Source: Nitrosopumilus sp. (GTDB taxonomy: Archaea > Thermoproteota > Nitrososphaeria > Nitrososphaerales > Nitrosopumilaceae). Taken from it: a DNA stretch of 64,000 bases. Made by a program: the position numbers and the translations under genes. Where the stretch lies: positions 64,001-128,000 of the forward strand of contig OY763927.2 of NCBI GenBank assembly GCA_963667665.2, given 5' to 3'. Shown piece by piece: positions 1 to 7,883 of the stretch. Each line of letters opens with the position of its first letter. Position 1 is the first letter of the stretch. The notes beneath the pieces were generated by a model, which did not search any database, had not been told where the DNA came from, and saw only the letters and a list, made by a program, of their open reading frames with translations.

Positions 1-1
1 A

Positions 2-178
2 GCACTTGTCATCATTGATCCAAGACAGCACAAAGGATTACCACATAGACGATACCACGGTAAAGTAGGTGTTGTCACAAACGTTGGTAGACGAGCTATA
101 ACACTTGATGTGAAATTAGGAAATAAAACAAAAACCTTAATCACTAGATTGGATCATATCAAACCATTCGGTGTATAA
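2..178 (+). CDS. rpl21e: 50S ribosomal protein eL21 (3' part, truncated by window start)
   Basis: Frame 2 reads ALVIIDPRQHKGLPHRRYHGKVGVV...RLDHIKPFGV*; typical eL21 motif; precedes rpoF as in the conserved archaeal operon. Confidence 0.93.
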   Translation, partial: ALVIIDPRQHKGLPHRRYHGKVGVVTNVGRRAITLDVKLGNKTKTLITRLDHIKPFGV

Positions 179-179
179 T

Positions 180-506
180 ATGGAAGAAATAAAAAAGAAA
201 CAAGCCATCTCTCTTGCAGAAGTTAAAGAAATTTTAGGTAAAGTAGATGTTGAAGAGATGGACCAAATCCAACGTTGGACCTATGATTATGTTTCAAAAT
301 TTGTATCAACTGACCTTAAGGATGCAAAAGAAATGAAAAAACAACTCATGAAAGAATGTGAATTAACAGAAGATGAATCTGTTGAAATTGTAAACATTAG
401 ACCAACAAGTTTAGCTGAACTACGTTCTTTTACATTTGGCTGGAAAAAACTAATTCTTGCTGAAACTCTTGAAAAAATACTCAAGATAATTAAGGAGCAC
501 TCTTAA
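180..506 (+). CDS. rpoF: DNA-directed RNA polymerase subunit Rpo4 (RpoF/Rpb4)
   Basis: ISLAEVKEIL...IVNIRPTSLAELRS Rpb4 pattern; rpl21e-rpoF-DUF655-ksgA synteny; ATG at 180. Confidence 0.9.
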   Translation: MEEIKKKQAISLAEVKEILGKVDVEEMDQIQRWTYDYVSKFVSTDLKDAKEMKKQLMKECELTEDESVEIVNIRPTSLAELRSFTFGWKKLILAETLEKILKIIKEHS

Positions 507-526
507 TTTTTTAGGAATATTTTATT

Positions 527-1093
527 TTGTCCAGGGAACATAACCCCCCTAGAAAATATGAAGAACACGCATATGTTTTAGATTTTAATTCTAGAGGAAA
601 ATCAACTACTGTAAGAGGAAGAAAAGGAATCATAGTTACAGCTATTGGCGAGGACCGTCTAACTCTTTTAGAAATTCTTGGAGTTGAAAATTCAACATTT
701 GATATAGGTGAAAAAATCTATATCGGAAAAGAAGGGCGAACTAAAGTTCTATCTGTTTTGGGAAAAATGGACTATGATCATATATCATCATCAGCTCAAA
801 GTGAATTAGAAATAGTAATAGCAAATATTGTAACTGTCAATGAATCAAAATTTGTTGAATATCTAAACAATGCACGACCATTAACGCCACGAATTCATGC
901 ACTAGAGTTAATTCCAGGAATTGGAAAAACCTACATGAAAACAATGCTAGAAGAAAGAGAAAAGAAAAAGTTTGAAAGCTATCAAGATTTACAAGAAAGA
1001 GTTGGATTCAAAGATCCAGTAAAACACATTTCAGAACGAATCATGGATGAAATTACTGGTCAAAGCAGAATGAATCTCTTTGTAAAGAGATGA
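527..1093 (+). CDS. DUF655 family putative nucleic-acid-binding protein
   Basis: EEHAYVLD, TPRIHALELIPGIGK (HhH) motifs; conserved position after rpoF. Confidence 0.85.
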   Translation: MSREHNPPRKYEEHAYVLDFNSRGKSTTVRGRKGIIVTAIGEDRLTLLEILGVENSTFDIGEKIYIGKEGRTKVLSVLGKMDYDHISSSAQSELEIVIANIVTVNESKFVEYLNNARPLTPRIHALELIPGIGKTYMKTMLEEREKKKFESYQDLQERVGFKDPVKHISERIMDEITGQSRMNLFVKR

Positions 1094-1797
1094 TAAAACG
1101 AAAACAACTAGGACAGCACTTTCTTAACTCAAATTCTATAGCCAAATCAATTGTTTCAGAGGCTAAAATCACAAAAAGAGATGTTGTATTTGAGTTAGGA
1201 ACAGGATTGGGAATCTTAACTCCGTTACTATGTGAGAAAGCAAACAAAGTGATCTCAGTTGATGTAGATGAAAAACTTGTCAAAAATGCAAAATCTGCAT
1301 TCTCCAATATTGATAATCTCATCTTAAAATCTGGTGATGGTTTTAAGAAAAAAGACACCTTCTCTATTTTTATATCCAATCTACCATACTCTAAGAGTAA
1401 AGATGCAATAGAATGGCTTGCACAAACTTCTTTCTCACATGGCGTGATAATGGTTCAAAAAGAATTTGCCGAGAAATTACTTGCAAAATCCTCAAAGAAA
1501 AGAAAAGCAGTAAGTATTGTTGCTAATTATGCCTTTGGAATTCAGAAGATCTCTAAGGTGGGAAAAAATAATTTTTCTCCTCCACCAAAAGTTGATTCTG
1601 TAATTCTAAAAATAATTAAAAAAAATACTATGAATAAAGATCTAATTCAAACAATCAATAAAATTTTTTCCTATAGACGAAAAACTATAAAAAATATTTT
1701 AAAACAATTCAACAAGGAAACAGTAATGAATAAACGAGTAGACGATCTTTCAGGAGATGAAATAATTCACCTTGCAAACCAAATTCTTGAAAAATGA
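1090..1797 (+). CDS. ksgA: 16S rRNA dimethyladenosine transferase KsgA/RsmA
   Basis: LGQHFL, ELGTGLG, ISNLPY, F-P-PKVDS motifs. Confidence 0.92.
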   Translation: MIKRKQLGQHFLNSNSIAKSIVSEAKITKRDVVFELGTGLGILTPLLCEKANKVISVDVDEKLVKNAKSAFSNIDNLILKSGDGFKKKDTFSIFISNLPYSKSKDAIEWLAQTSFSHGVIMVQKEFAEKLLAKSSKKRKAVSIVANYAFGIQKISKVGKNNFSPPPKVDSVILKIIKKNTMNKDLIQTINKIFSYRRKTIKNILKQFNKETVMNKRVDDLSGDEIIHLANQILEK

Positions 1798-2305
1798 TGA
1801 GTATCCTCCTTCTGAGGATACTTTTTTTCTAGTAGATAACATAGAAAATGAAAAAGGAAATTTTGCATTAGATATAGGAAGTGGATCTGGATATCTGACA
1901 AAATTACTATCTGAGAATTTTTCTTTTGTAGTTGGAACTGACATTAACTTTGAAGTGCTAAAACATCAAACTTACAAAACAAAAAATCTCGTTTGCTGTA
2001 ATAGTTCAGATGCATTAAAAATAAAATTTGATCTTATTGTTTGTAACCTACCCTATCTTGCAACTGATGAAATCTTGGATATTGCAACAGATGGAGGACC
2101 AGAAGGACTTGAAATACCTCTAAAAATAATAAAATCAGCTATTTCATGCCTAAATACAACAGGAAAATTTCTTTTTGTTACATCTTCACTTTCAAATTAT
2201 CAAGCATTAATTGATGCAACAAAAAAAGAAGGATTAACAGCAAAAGTTATTGCAAAAAAGAAATTATTTTTTGAAGAATTAATAATTATTGAAGCAAAAA
2301 AGTAA
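1772..2305 (+). CDS. HemK2/Mtq2-like protein methyltransferase
   Basis: YPPSEDTFFL, DIGSGSG, NLPYL, DGGPEG, KKLFFEEL motifs of the archaeal HemK2 family. Confidence 0.85.
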   Translation: MQTKFLKNDEYPPSEDTFFLVDNIENEKGNFALDIGSGSGYLTKLLSENFSFVVGTDINFEVLKHQTYKTKNLVCCNSSDALKIKFDLIVCNLPYLATDEILDIATDGGPEGLEIPLKIIKSAISCLNTTGKFLFVTSSLSNYQALIDATKKEGLTAKVIAKKKLFFEELIIIEAKK

Positions 2306-3334
2306 TTATTTTTTTAATAATTCAGCAGAACGGTTTGCAATTGCGTTAGTCATTTCACTTGATTTGGCATTACCACCAATATCATATGTTACAAATTTTC
2401 CTTCATTAATTACTTCATCTGTGGCTTTGAAAATTACATCCCTAATTTCTGACTCACCAAGATATTCTACCATCCATGCTCCAGATAAAATTGCAGCAGT
2501 AGGATTTACTTTATCCATTCCTTTGTATTTTGGTGCACTTCCATGTGCTGGCTCAAACATGGCATAATTATCACCAATATTTGCAGAGTAAACATTTCCA
2601 ATTGAACCAGTATTGCCAGAAGCACATTCTGAAATGATATCCATGAACAGATTTGTACTTAATAAAACAGAATTATTGAATCTTTGAGGATTTTTTACTA
2701 ATTGCTGAGTCATATTATCAATATAATATTCTTCAATCTCAATTTCTGGATTTTCTTGTGCAGCTCTTTCTACTTCACTCCAAAAAATTCCATCAGTTCT
2801 TTTTAGAATGTTTCTTTTTGTAATTGCTGTTACTTTTTTTAATCCATATTTTTTTGCCCAGTCAAATGCAGAATCTACTATTCTTTTACAACCTTTTCTT
2901 GTTATTTTTCTAATTGCTATAGCAGAATCTTCAGATGTATCAAATTCGATTCCTGCATACAATCCTTCAGTAGCTTCTCTAAAGCAAACAAAATCAAGCT
3001 TTGTGTTTGGTGAGAGTCTATCATATGTCTTGATGGGTCTAACATTTGCGTATAGTTCAAATTTTTGTCGTGTAGAAACGGCTACACTTCTTGGAGCATC
3101 AGGTGATGGTATTGTTGTAGTTGGACCTTTGTAGCAAGCATCACTTTCGTCCATGATTTTTGATGTGGCCTCAGGAATGTATGTGGCTCCACCATTCTTT
3201 TCCCATTGCTCTGAACCTGCTTCACAACGAATTAGTTCAATTTGGGTATTACATGCTTCTAAAACCTGAATCACTGCATCTACTAATTCCGGACCAGTTC
3301 CATCACCATTAATCACGGCTGCTTTTTTACCCAT
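2306..3334 (-). CDS. isocitrate/isopropylmalate dehydrogenase family protein (probably isocitrate dehydrogenase)
   Basis: GDGTGPE, GPTTT..RSVAV..RQKFELYANVRP, FEPAHGSAP motifs. Confidence 0.85.
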   Translation of the reverse strand: MGKKAAVINGDGTGPELVDAVIQVLEACNTQIELIRCEAGSEQWEKNGGATYIPEATSKIMDESDACYKGPTTTIPSPDAPRSVAVSTRQKFELYANVRPIKTYDRLSPNTKLDFVCFREATEGLYAGIEFDTSEDSAIAIRKITRKGCKRIVDSAFDWAKKYGLKKVTAITKRNILKRTDGIFWSEVERAAQENPEIEIEEYYIDNMTQQLVKNPQRFNNSVLLSTNLFMDIISECASGNTGSIGNVYSANIGDNYAMFEPAHGSAPKYKGMDKVNPTAAILSGAWMVEYLGESEIRDVIFKATDEVINEGKFVTYDIGGNAKSSEMTNAIANRSAELLKK

Positions 3335-3452
3335 TTCAGCGAGATTTGTCGATTGAGCGTATTTAATTCTACCCTTGTCAAAGAAACCATTTTTTTCTAT
3401 ATTTCCTATTGGAGTAATTTATTAACATAATTTGATTTAATTTTGATAGAAG

Positions 3453-4199
3453 ATGATTATTGTACAACTCTCAGATCTTCATGTCGGTTCACAGTTTCAA
3501 CCAGATGTATTTGAAACAGTAGTCAAAGAATTAAACGAACTAAATCCTGATGTGATTGTAATTACAGGTGATCTAACTAATGAAGGTTTAATGAAAGAAT
3601 ATGAAAAATGTAAATCACTATTAACACAATTTAACACCAAAAAAATTATTTCAATTAGTGGAAATCATGATTATAGAAACACTGGTTATTTGTTGTTCAA
3701 AAAATTCTTTCCATTTGAAGCAATCAATGAATTAGATGATAATGTTGTTTTAGTTACAGTTGGAACTGCTAGACCTGATAGAAATAATGGTGAAGTTGGA
3801 TATAGACAAAATTTGTGGTTGGAGAGAACTATGAAAAAATACAAAGATAAGATAAAGATTGTAGCAATGCATCATCATTTAATCCCCATTCCTGATACTG
3901 GTTCTGATCAGCTTACTGTTGTTGATGCAGGTGATGTTTTAAGAACTGTTTTGAATACTCAAGTTGATGTAGTTTTGTGTGGACACAAACATAGACCTTG
4001 GGCTTGGAATTTTGGAAAACTAACAGTTGTTAATGCAGGAGCTGTCACATCTGAACGAGTTCGTGGATTATTTGAAAACACCTACAACATTCTTACTATT
4101 TCTAACAAAAAGATACAGGTAGATCTCAAAATTGTAGGTGGAAAAAGACTTCCTATAGAGGATATTATGAATAACTATAGCCAATTTGGCGACGAGTGA
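3453..4199 (+). CDS. calcineurin-like metallophosphoesterase
   Basis: SDLH, TGDL, GNHD, GHKH motifs. Confidence 0.88.
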   Translation: MIIVQLSDLHVGSQFQPDVFETVVKELNELNPDVIVITGDLTNEGLMKEYEKCKSLLTQFNTKKIISISGNHDYRNTGYLLFKKFFPFEAINELDDNVVLVTVGTARPDRNNGEVGYRQNLWLERTMKKYKDKIKIVAMHHHLIPIPDTGSDQLTVVDAGDVLRTVLNTQVDVVLCGHKHRPWAWNFGKLTVVNAGAVTSERVRGLFENTYNILTISNKKIQVDLKIVGGKRLPIEDIMNNYSQFGDE

Positions 4200-4232
4200 A
4201 TTTATTTACAGACTAATTCTATGCATCTTTGT

Positions 4233-4319
4233 GCGGGGGTCGCCTAGCTCGGTAGGGCGTGAGATTGCTAATTTCATGTTCGCAAGGACTCGTGGGTTCA
4301 AATCCCTCTCCCCGCGCCA
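4233..4319 (+). tRNA. tRNA-Ser(GCT), CCA encoded
   Basis: Acceptor GCGGGGG/TCCCCGC plus G discriminator plus CCA; anticodon arm TGAGA-TTGCTAA-TTTCA; long variable arm; GGTTCAAATCC T-loop. Confidence 0.95.
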
Positions 4320-4361
4320 TTAAAAATTAAACTTAATAGACCGATTAACGAAGTTTTTCGA

Positions 4362-4523
4362 ATGGGACGAAGAAAAACTCAAAAAATTATTCGAACAGGT
4401 CCTAAAAATGCGACAACTGGAATGTGTCCTATATGTAATACAATTGGTAAAGTATTCCTTCTTGGTCCACCTGGAAAAGAGCGAGGAAAATGCGAAAAAT
4501 GTCGCGGAGAGTTTGAAATATAA
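4362..4523 (+). CDS. small zinc-ribbon protein (Elf1-like layout), 53 aa
   Basis: MGRRKTQKIIRTGPKNATTGMCPICNTIGKVFLLGPPGKERGKCEKCRGEFEI*; two CxxC pairs, basic N-terminus; below ORF-track cutoff. Confidence 0.7.
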   Translation: MGRRKTQKIIRTGPKNATTGMCPICNTIGKVFLLGPPGKERGKCEKCRGEFEI

Positions 4524-4597
4524 TTTATGAATCTAGGAGCTTACAGACAAATATTTACCAATAACTATTTAAGAGAATTTTCTCTTGATAGATAATT

Positions 4598-4768
4598 ATG
4601 AGTACAGAAGCTGAAACCATCTATGAAAGAGTTGCAAAACTTGAAGATGAAATTGCATTACTCAGAAACGAAGTAGATATTCTTAAAGGAGCATTAAGAA
4701 ATAAAATTGCTCGTCATGAAATATCATTGATCAAGAAAGGACGAGAAATAGAATCAATCATTGACTAA
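4598..4768 (+). CDS. small coiled-coil hypothetical protein, 56 aa
   Basis: MSTEAETIYERVAKLEDEIALLRNEVDILKGALRNKIARHEISLIKKGREIESIID*; heptad Leu pattern; TATA-like TATTTAA about 25 nt upstream. Confidence 0.65.
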   Translation: MSTEAETIYERVAKLEDEIALLRNEVDILKGALRNKIARHEISLIKKGREIESIID

Positions 4769-5583
4769 TTTTTAGTCTTTATACTTCTTATCAATTCTAA
4801 AATAAAATCTATGTCTTCTGCGTTTGGATTAATTTCTAAATATTTATTCAAATATTTCAAAGCATCTTCCGAATTGTGTAATCTTTCTTGTAGAATTCCT
4901 TTATCTCTGATATCTTCTGGAGATTCAGATTCCATTGCTAAAACCATGTTAATACATCGAAGTGCTTTATCGTAAACAAATGATTGTACATAGGAATTTT
5001 TCAAGTTACGAGCCATTCTTGTAAGAATTTGTTCTGGTTCTATCTTATCAAGAAATTCTGGCTGAAACTTTAACTGTTCATTAAAATTATTATCTAGAAT
5101 TTCCTGCAAGTCATCTACATCTAATAGTTCACCATCATGAAATGGATCTAAAATCATTTCTTCATTATATTTTACCAAAATGTGACTTGGAAATCCAACA
5201 ATTTTAAGATCTAATCCGATAAACTTTGCAACTTCAACATAAAGAATTGAGATAGTAATGGGTAGGCCTAATTTTTTATCAATAACTTCATTTAGAAAAT
5301 TATTCTTTGGATTAAAGTAATCATCATCATCTCCGCTAAATCCTAAATTTTCAAATAAATGTTCATTTAACATTGAAATTAGATATGTTGGATTTTTAAC
5401 ATCACTAATTGATTCTTTTAGAGACATTCCTATATGATTAATTTTCTGGATGTACTTTTCTACATCTAGATCTGGATATTCTAAAATCTGGGCAAATTTT
5501 AAACATTTTTCAGCTAGGTTGAAATTTGGATTTTTAACAAATGAAAGCCATTCTGCAACAAATGGATCAAATTCTTCGTTCAA
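4765..5583 (-). CDS. SirB1/YchA-like transglutaminase-core plus TPR protein
   Basis: GFSGDDDDYFNPKNNFLNEVI..GLPITISILY, FPSHILV, ILDPF, C-terminal TPR (EDIRDKG..YLE..PNAED). Confidence 0.8.
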   Translation of the reverse strand: MNEEFDPFVAEWLSFVKNPNFNLAEKCLKFAQILEYPDLDVEKYIQKINHIGMSLKESISDVKNPTYLISMLNEHLFENLGFSGDDDDYFNPKNNFLNEVIDKKLGLPITISILYVEVAKFIGLDLKIVGFPSHILVKYNEEMILDPFHDGELLDVDDLQEILDNNFNEQLKFQPEFLDKIEPEQILTRMARNLKNSYVQSFVYDKALRCINMVLAMESESPEDIRDKGILQERLHNSEDALKYLNKYLEINPNAEDIDFILELIRSIKTKN

Positions 5584-5586
5584 TTA

Positions 5587-6798
5587 TTACAAACTCATCT
5601 TCTTGAGATATAATTGAGGTTCCTTGAGCTCTCTGGTGTTTGGAGGAATTTCTATCATTTTTTTGAAGGTGTCTTTGCCTAGTTTTTCATATACTATTTT
5701 TGTAAAGTCTTTTCCCATACTCTTTCTGATTTGATATGATGAGAAGTCTGTTCCCATAAACGTGGTAAGGTAATTTTGAAAATCTTCATCATCTTTTAGG
5801 ATGTTTTCAATTGCAAAACTTGCCATTCCTTCCATGGCAGTAAATGCTGCATGATGTTGTTGAATTGGAACTAGCCATTTCTTGTAAATATCTAAAAGTT
5901 GTGGAATTAATTCTCCAATCTTTGGATCTATTTCTACATGTGTAAATGTCATAACATCAGGTCCGATTTGTTCTATTAGAAAATGATCTGGATTTAAAAA
6001 GAAAAATAGATTTGCTTTTTTTGCAAATGGAAAATTGTCTGGCACATCTTGTAGTTGACAATACTCTGAAAGCTTGTTAATTGTATCAGTATCAAGTGAC
6101 AAAATTATATTTGCTAGTTCTTCATTAATTTTGTTTACTTGCATTGCAGCATCCTTGTTTACCTGTTGTAGATTTCCTTGTGCAGAATGAATTAATTCTT
6201 CTAATATTGTCATTTTTACTGCACCTCTATATCCAGAATTCACATTTTCAAATCTTGATTCGTATGGCTCTCCTTGTTTATGGAGAATTATCTGTGGATA
6301 TTTTGATAAAATAAATTTATTTAGATATATTACTGAATCAAGGTAATCCCCATATGTTGTTGTAATTTTAGAAATGTATTGAATTGCATATGTTGAATAT
6401 ACCAAATACTTTGTAGTATCTTGTCGCATCAATTCTGCAATTCTTTTTGAATCTTCTTTTGCAACTGCATTAAATAATTCTGTAACATACTCTTTTGCTT
6501 CTTTATCTGCAAAGACTTTGTCACCTTTCAATTTTTTCAAATCTTCTAATTCTGGAAATTTTAACTGTAGATTATCTGGAACTTTAACACCAAGATACTC
6601 TTCAACTTTATCTTTGAAAATTGGAAAAATTTCTTTGGAAATGTCCTCTATTTCTTTGAATTGTACTTTATCTGCAAGACTTTCTTTGGCCTTGATTGCT
6701 AACTCTGTGATCTCTTTTTCTTCATTAATTTCAACTGATAATTGGCCAAATAGGGCTTCGGCAAACTCTTCATATTCTCCCAATTTGCATAAAATCAA
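5587..6798 (-). CDS. conserved hypothetical protein, zincin-like (EExxH...MEG)
   Basis: 403-aa ORF; TILEELIHSAQ and FTAMEGMAS resemble DUF2342/Zincin_2 motifs; true start may be TTG at 6783. Confidence 0.6.
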   Translation of the reverse strand: MILCKLGEYEEFAEALFGQLSVEINEEKEITELAIKAKESLADKVQFKEIEDISKEIFPIFKDKVEEYLGVKVPDNLQLKFPELEDLKKLKGDKVFADKEAKEYVTELFNAVAKEDSKRIAELMRQDTTKYLVYSTYAIQYISKITTTYGDYLDSVIYLNKFILSKYPQIILHKQGEPYESRFENVNSGYRGAVKMTILEELIHSAQGNLQQVNKDAAMQVNKINEELANIILSLDTDTINKLSEYCQLQDVPDNFPFAKKANLFFFLNPDHFLIEQIGPDVMTFTHVEIDPKIGELIPQLLDIYKKWLVPIQQHHAAFTAMEGMASFAIENILKDDEDFQNYLTTFMGTDFSSYQIRKSMGKDFTKIVYEKLGKDTFKKMIEIPPNTRELKEPQLYLKKMSL

Positions 6799-6866
6799 AA
6801 AATACTACATTTAACATTATCTTGGTTTTTTGAATCAAAAAAATTATTAGTTTACAGATAATTGAT

Positions 6867-7751
6867 TTGTTATCTAAAATGCTAGAATCTAGTGCTAAAT
6901 TCCTAAGATGCGTTAGATGTGGTTCTAAACTAGAATTAGATGTATTCAAACTTGATCAAGAAATTGAAGAAGGGATTTTGGAATGCAAAAAATGCAATTT
7001 GATATTTCCAATTATTGAGAAAATTCCCATTTTATGGGATGATTTTTCTAAATACCTTTCTTCCCGTAAAATTTTGGGTGGTAACCTCTATCGATTAGCT
7101 AATACTGGAAAAATGAAAAAATTTATGAAATTTTCATTATCACAAACAAAGCAAATCGCTGATGATAGAACTGCACTTGAGGAAAGATGGTCTAAAATAT
7201 ATCAAAATAACAAAAGCTCAAAATTCTATTCTATAATAAAAAAAAATCTTAATTTTATTACAAAATCAAAACTTGTTTTGGAATATGGTTGTTCGATTGG
7301 AATTATTACATCTTCTTTGGCTGATTGTCATGATATGGTGTTTGGAATTGATAGATCTTTTAGTGCACTAAGATATGCAAAAAAATCTTCAAAAAATAAT
7401 CTTGATTATATTGTAGCTGATTCACTATCTCCTGTTTTTGGAAAATTACAATTTAATTTGATACTTGCATTAAATATTTTAGAATTAGTTGAACCTCTAG
7501 AATTATTAAAACTAGTCTCAAAACAAATTTCCACTGGCCATTTTGTAATATCTGATCCATATGATTTTGATAGAGGTAAAAATTCTGTTAGAAAACCAAT
7601 AGATGAATCAACACTACGCACAAATTTATGTAATTTGGGATTCAAAATTTCATCTAAAACAAAAAACCCATCTTACATACCTTGGAATTTAAAACTTAAT
7701 CCACGTGCTACTTTGAACTATAAAGTAGATTTGATTATTGGTAAAAAATAG
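6867..7751 (+). CDS. Trm112-like zinc domain fused to class I SAM-dependent methyltransferase
   Basis: N-terminal LRCVRC..EIEEGILECKKC..FPIIEKIPIL; SAM motif LEYGCSIG, GIDRS. Confidence 0.8.
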   Translation: MLSKMLESSAKFLRCVRCGSKLELDVFKLDQEIEEGILECKKCNLIFPIIEKIPILWDDFSKYLSSRKILGGNLYRLANTGKMKKFMKFSLSQTKQIADDRTALEERWSKIYQNNKSSKFYSIIKKNLNFITKSKLVLEYGCSIGIITSSLADCHDMVFGIDRSFSALRYAKKSSKNNLDYIVADSLSPVFGKLQFNLILALNILELVEPLELLKLVSKQISTGHFVISDPYDFDRGKNSVRKPIDESTLRTNLCNLGFKISSKTKNPSYIPWNLKLNPRATLNYKVDLIIGKK

Positions 7752-7774
7752 AATGATTTAGAATATTAAAAGAA

Positions 7775-7797
7775 TGTAATGCCTGAGGCAAGTTTTG
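7775..7797 (-). repeat. degenerate direct-repeat copy of the tRNA-Met 3' end (att-like remnant)
   Basis: TGTAATGCCTGAGGCAAGTTTTG (7775-7797) vs TGTAATGCCGGGGGCGGGTTTTG (10530-10552): 19/23 identical, same orientation. Confidence 0.6.
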
Positions 7798-7883
7798 TGA
7801 AATTAGTTTGATGCCTGCCCAAAACAAGAAAATTTTCTATGTTCAAATCCCTAAGGATTGAATGACTTTATGAAGATCCTGTT

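Noticed and set aside
7841-7852. GTTCAAATCCCT identical to the tRNA-Ser T-loop (4296-4307), possible att site
   Set aside because: Only 12 nt, lacks the acceptor-stem 3' end, and the intervening genes look like ordinary chromosomal genes
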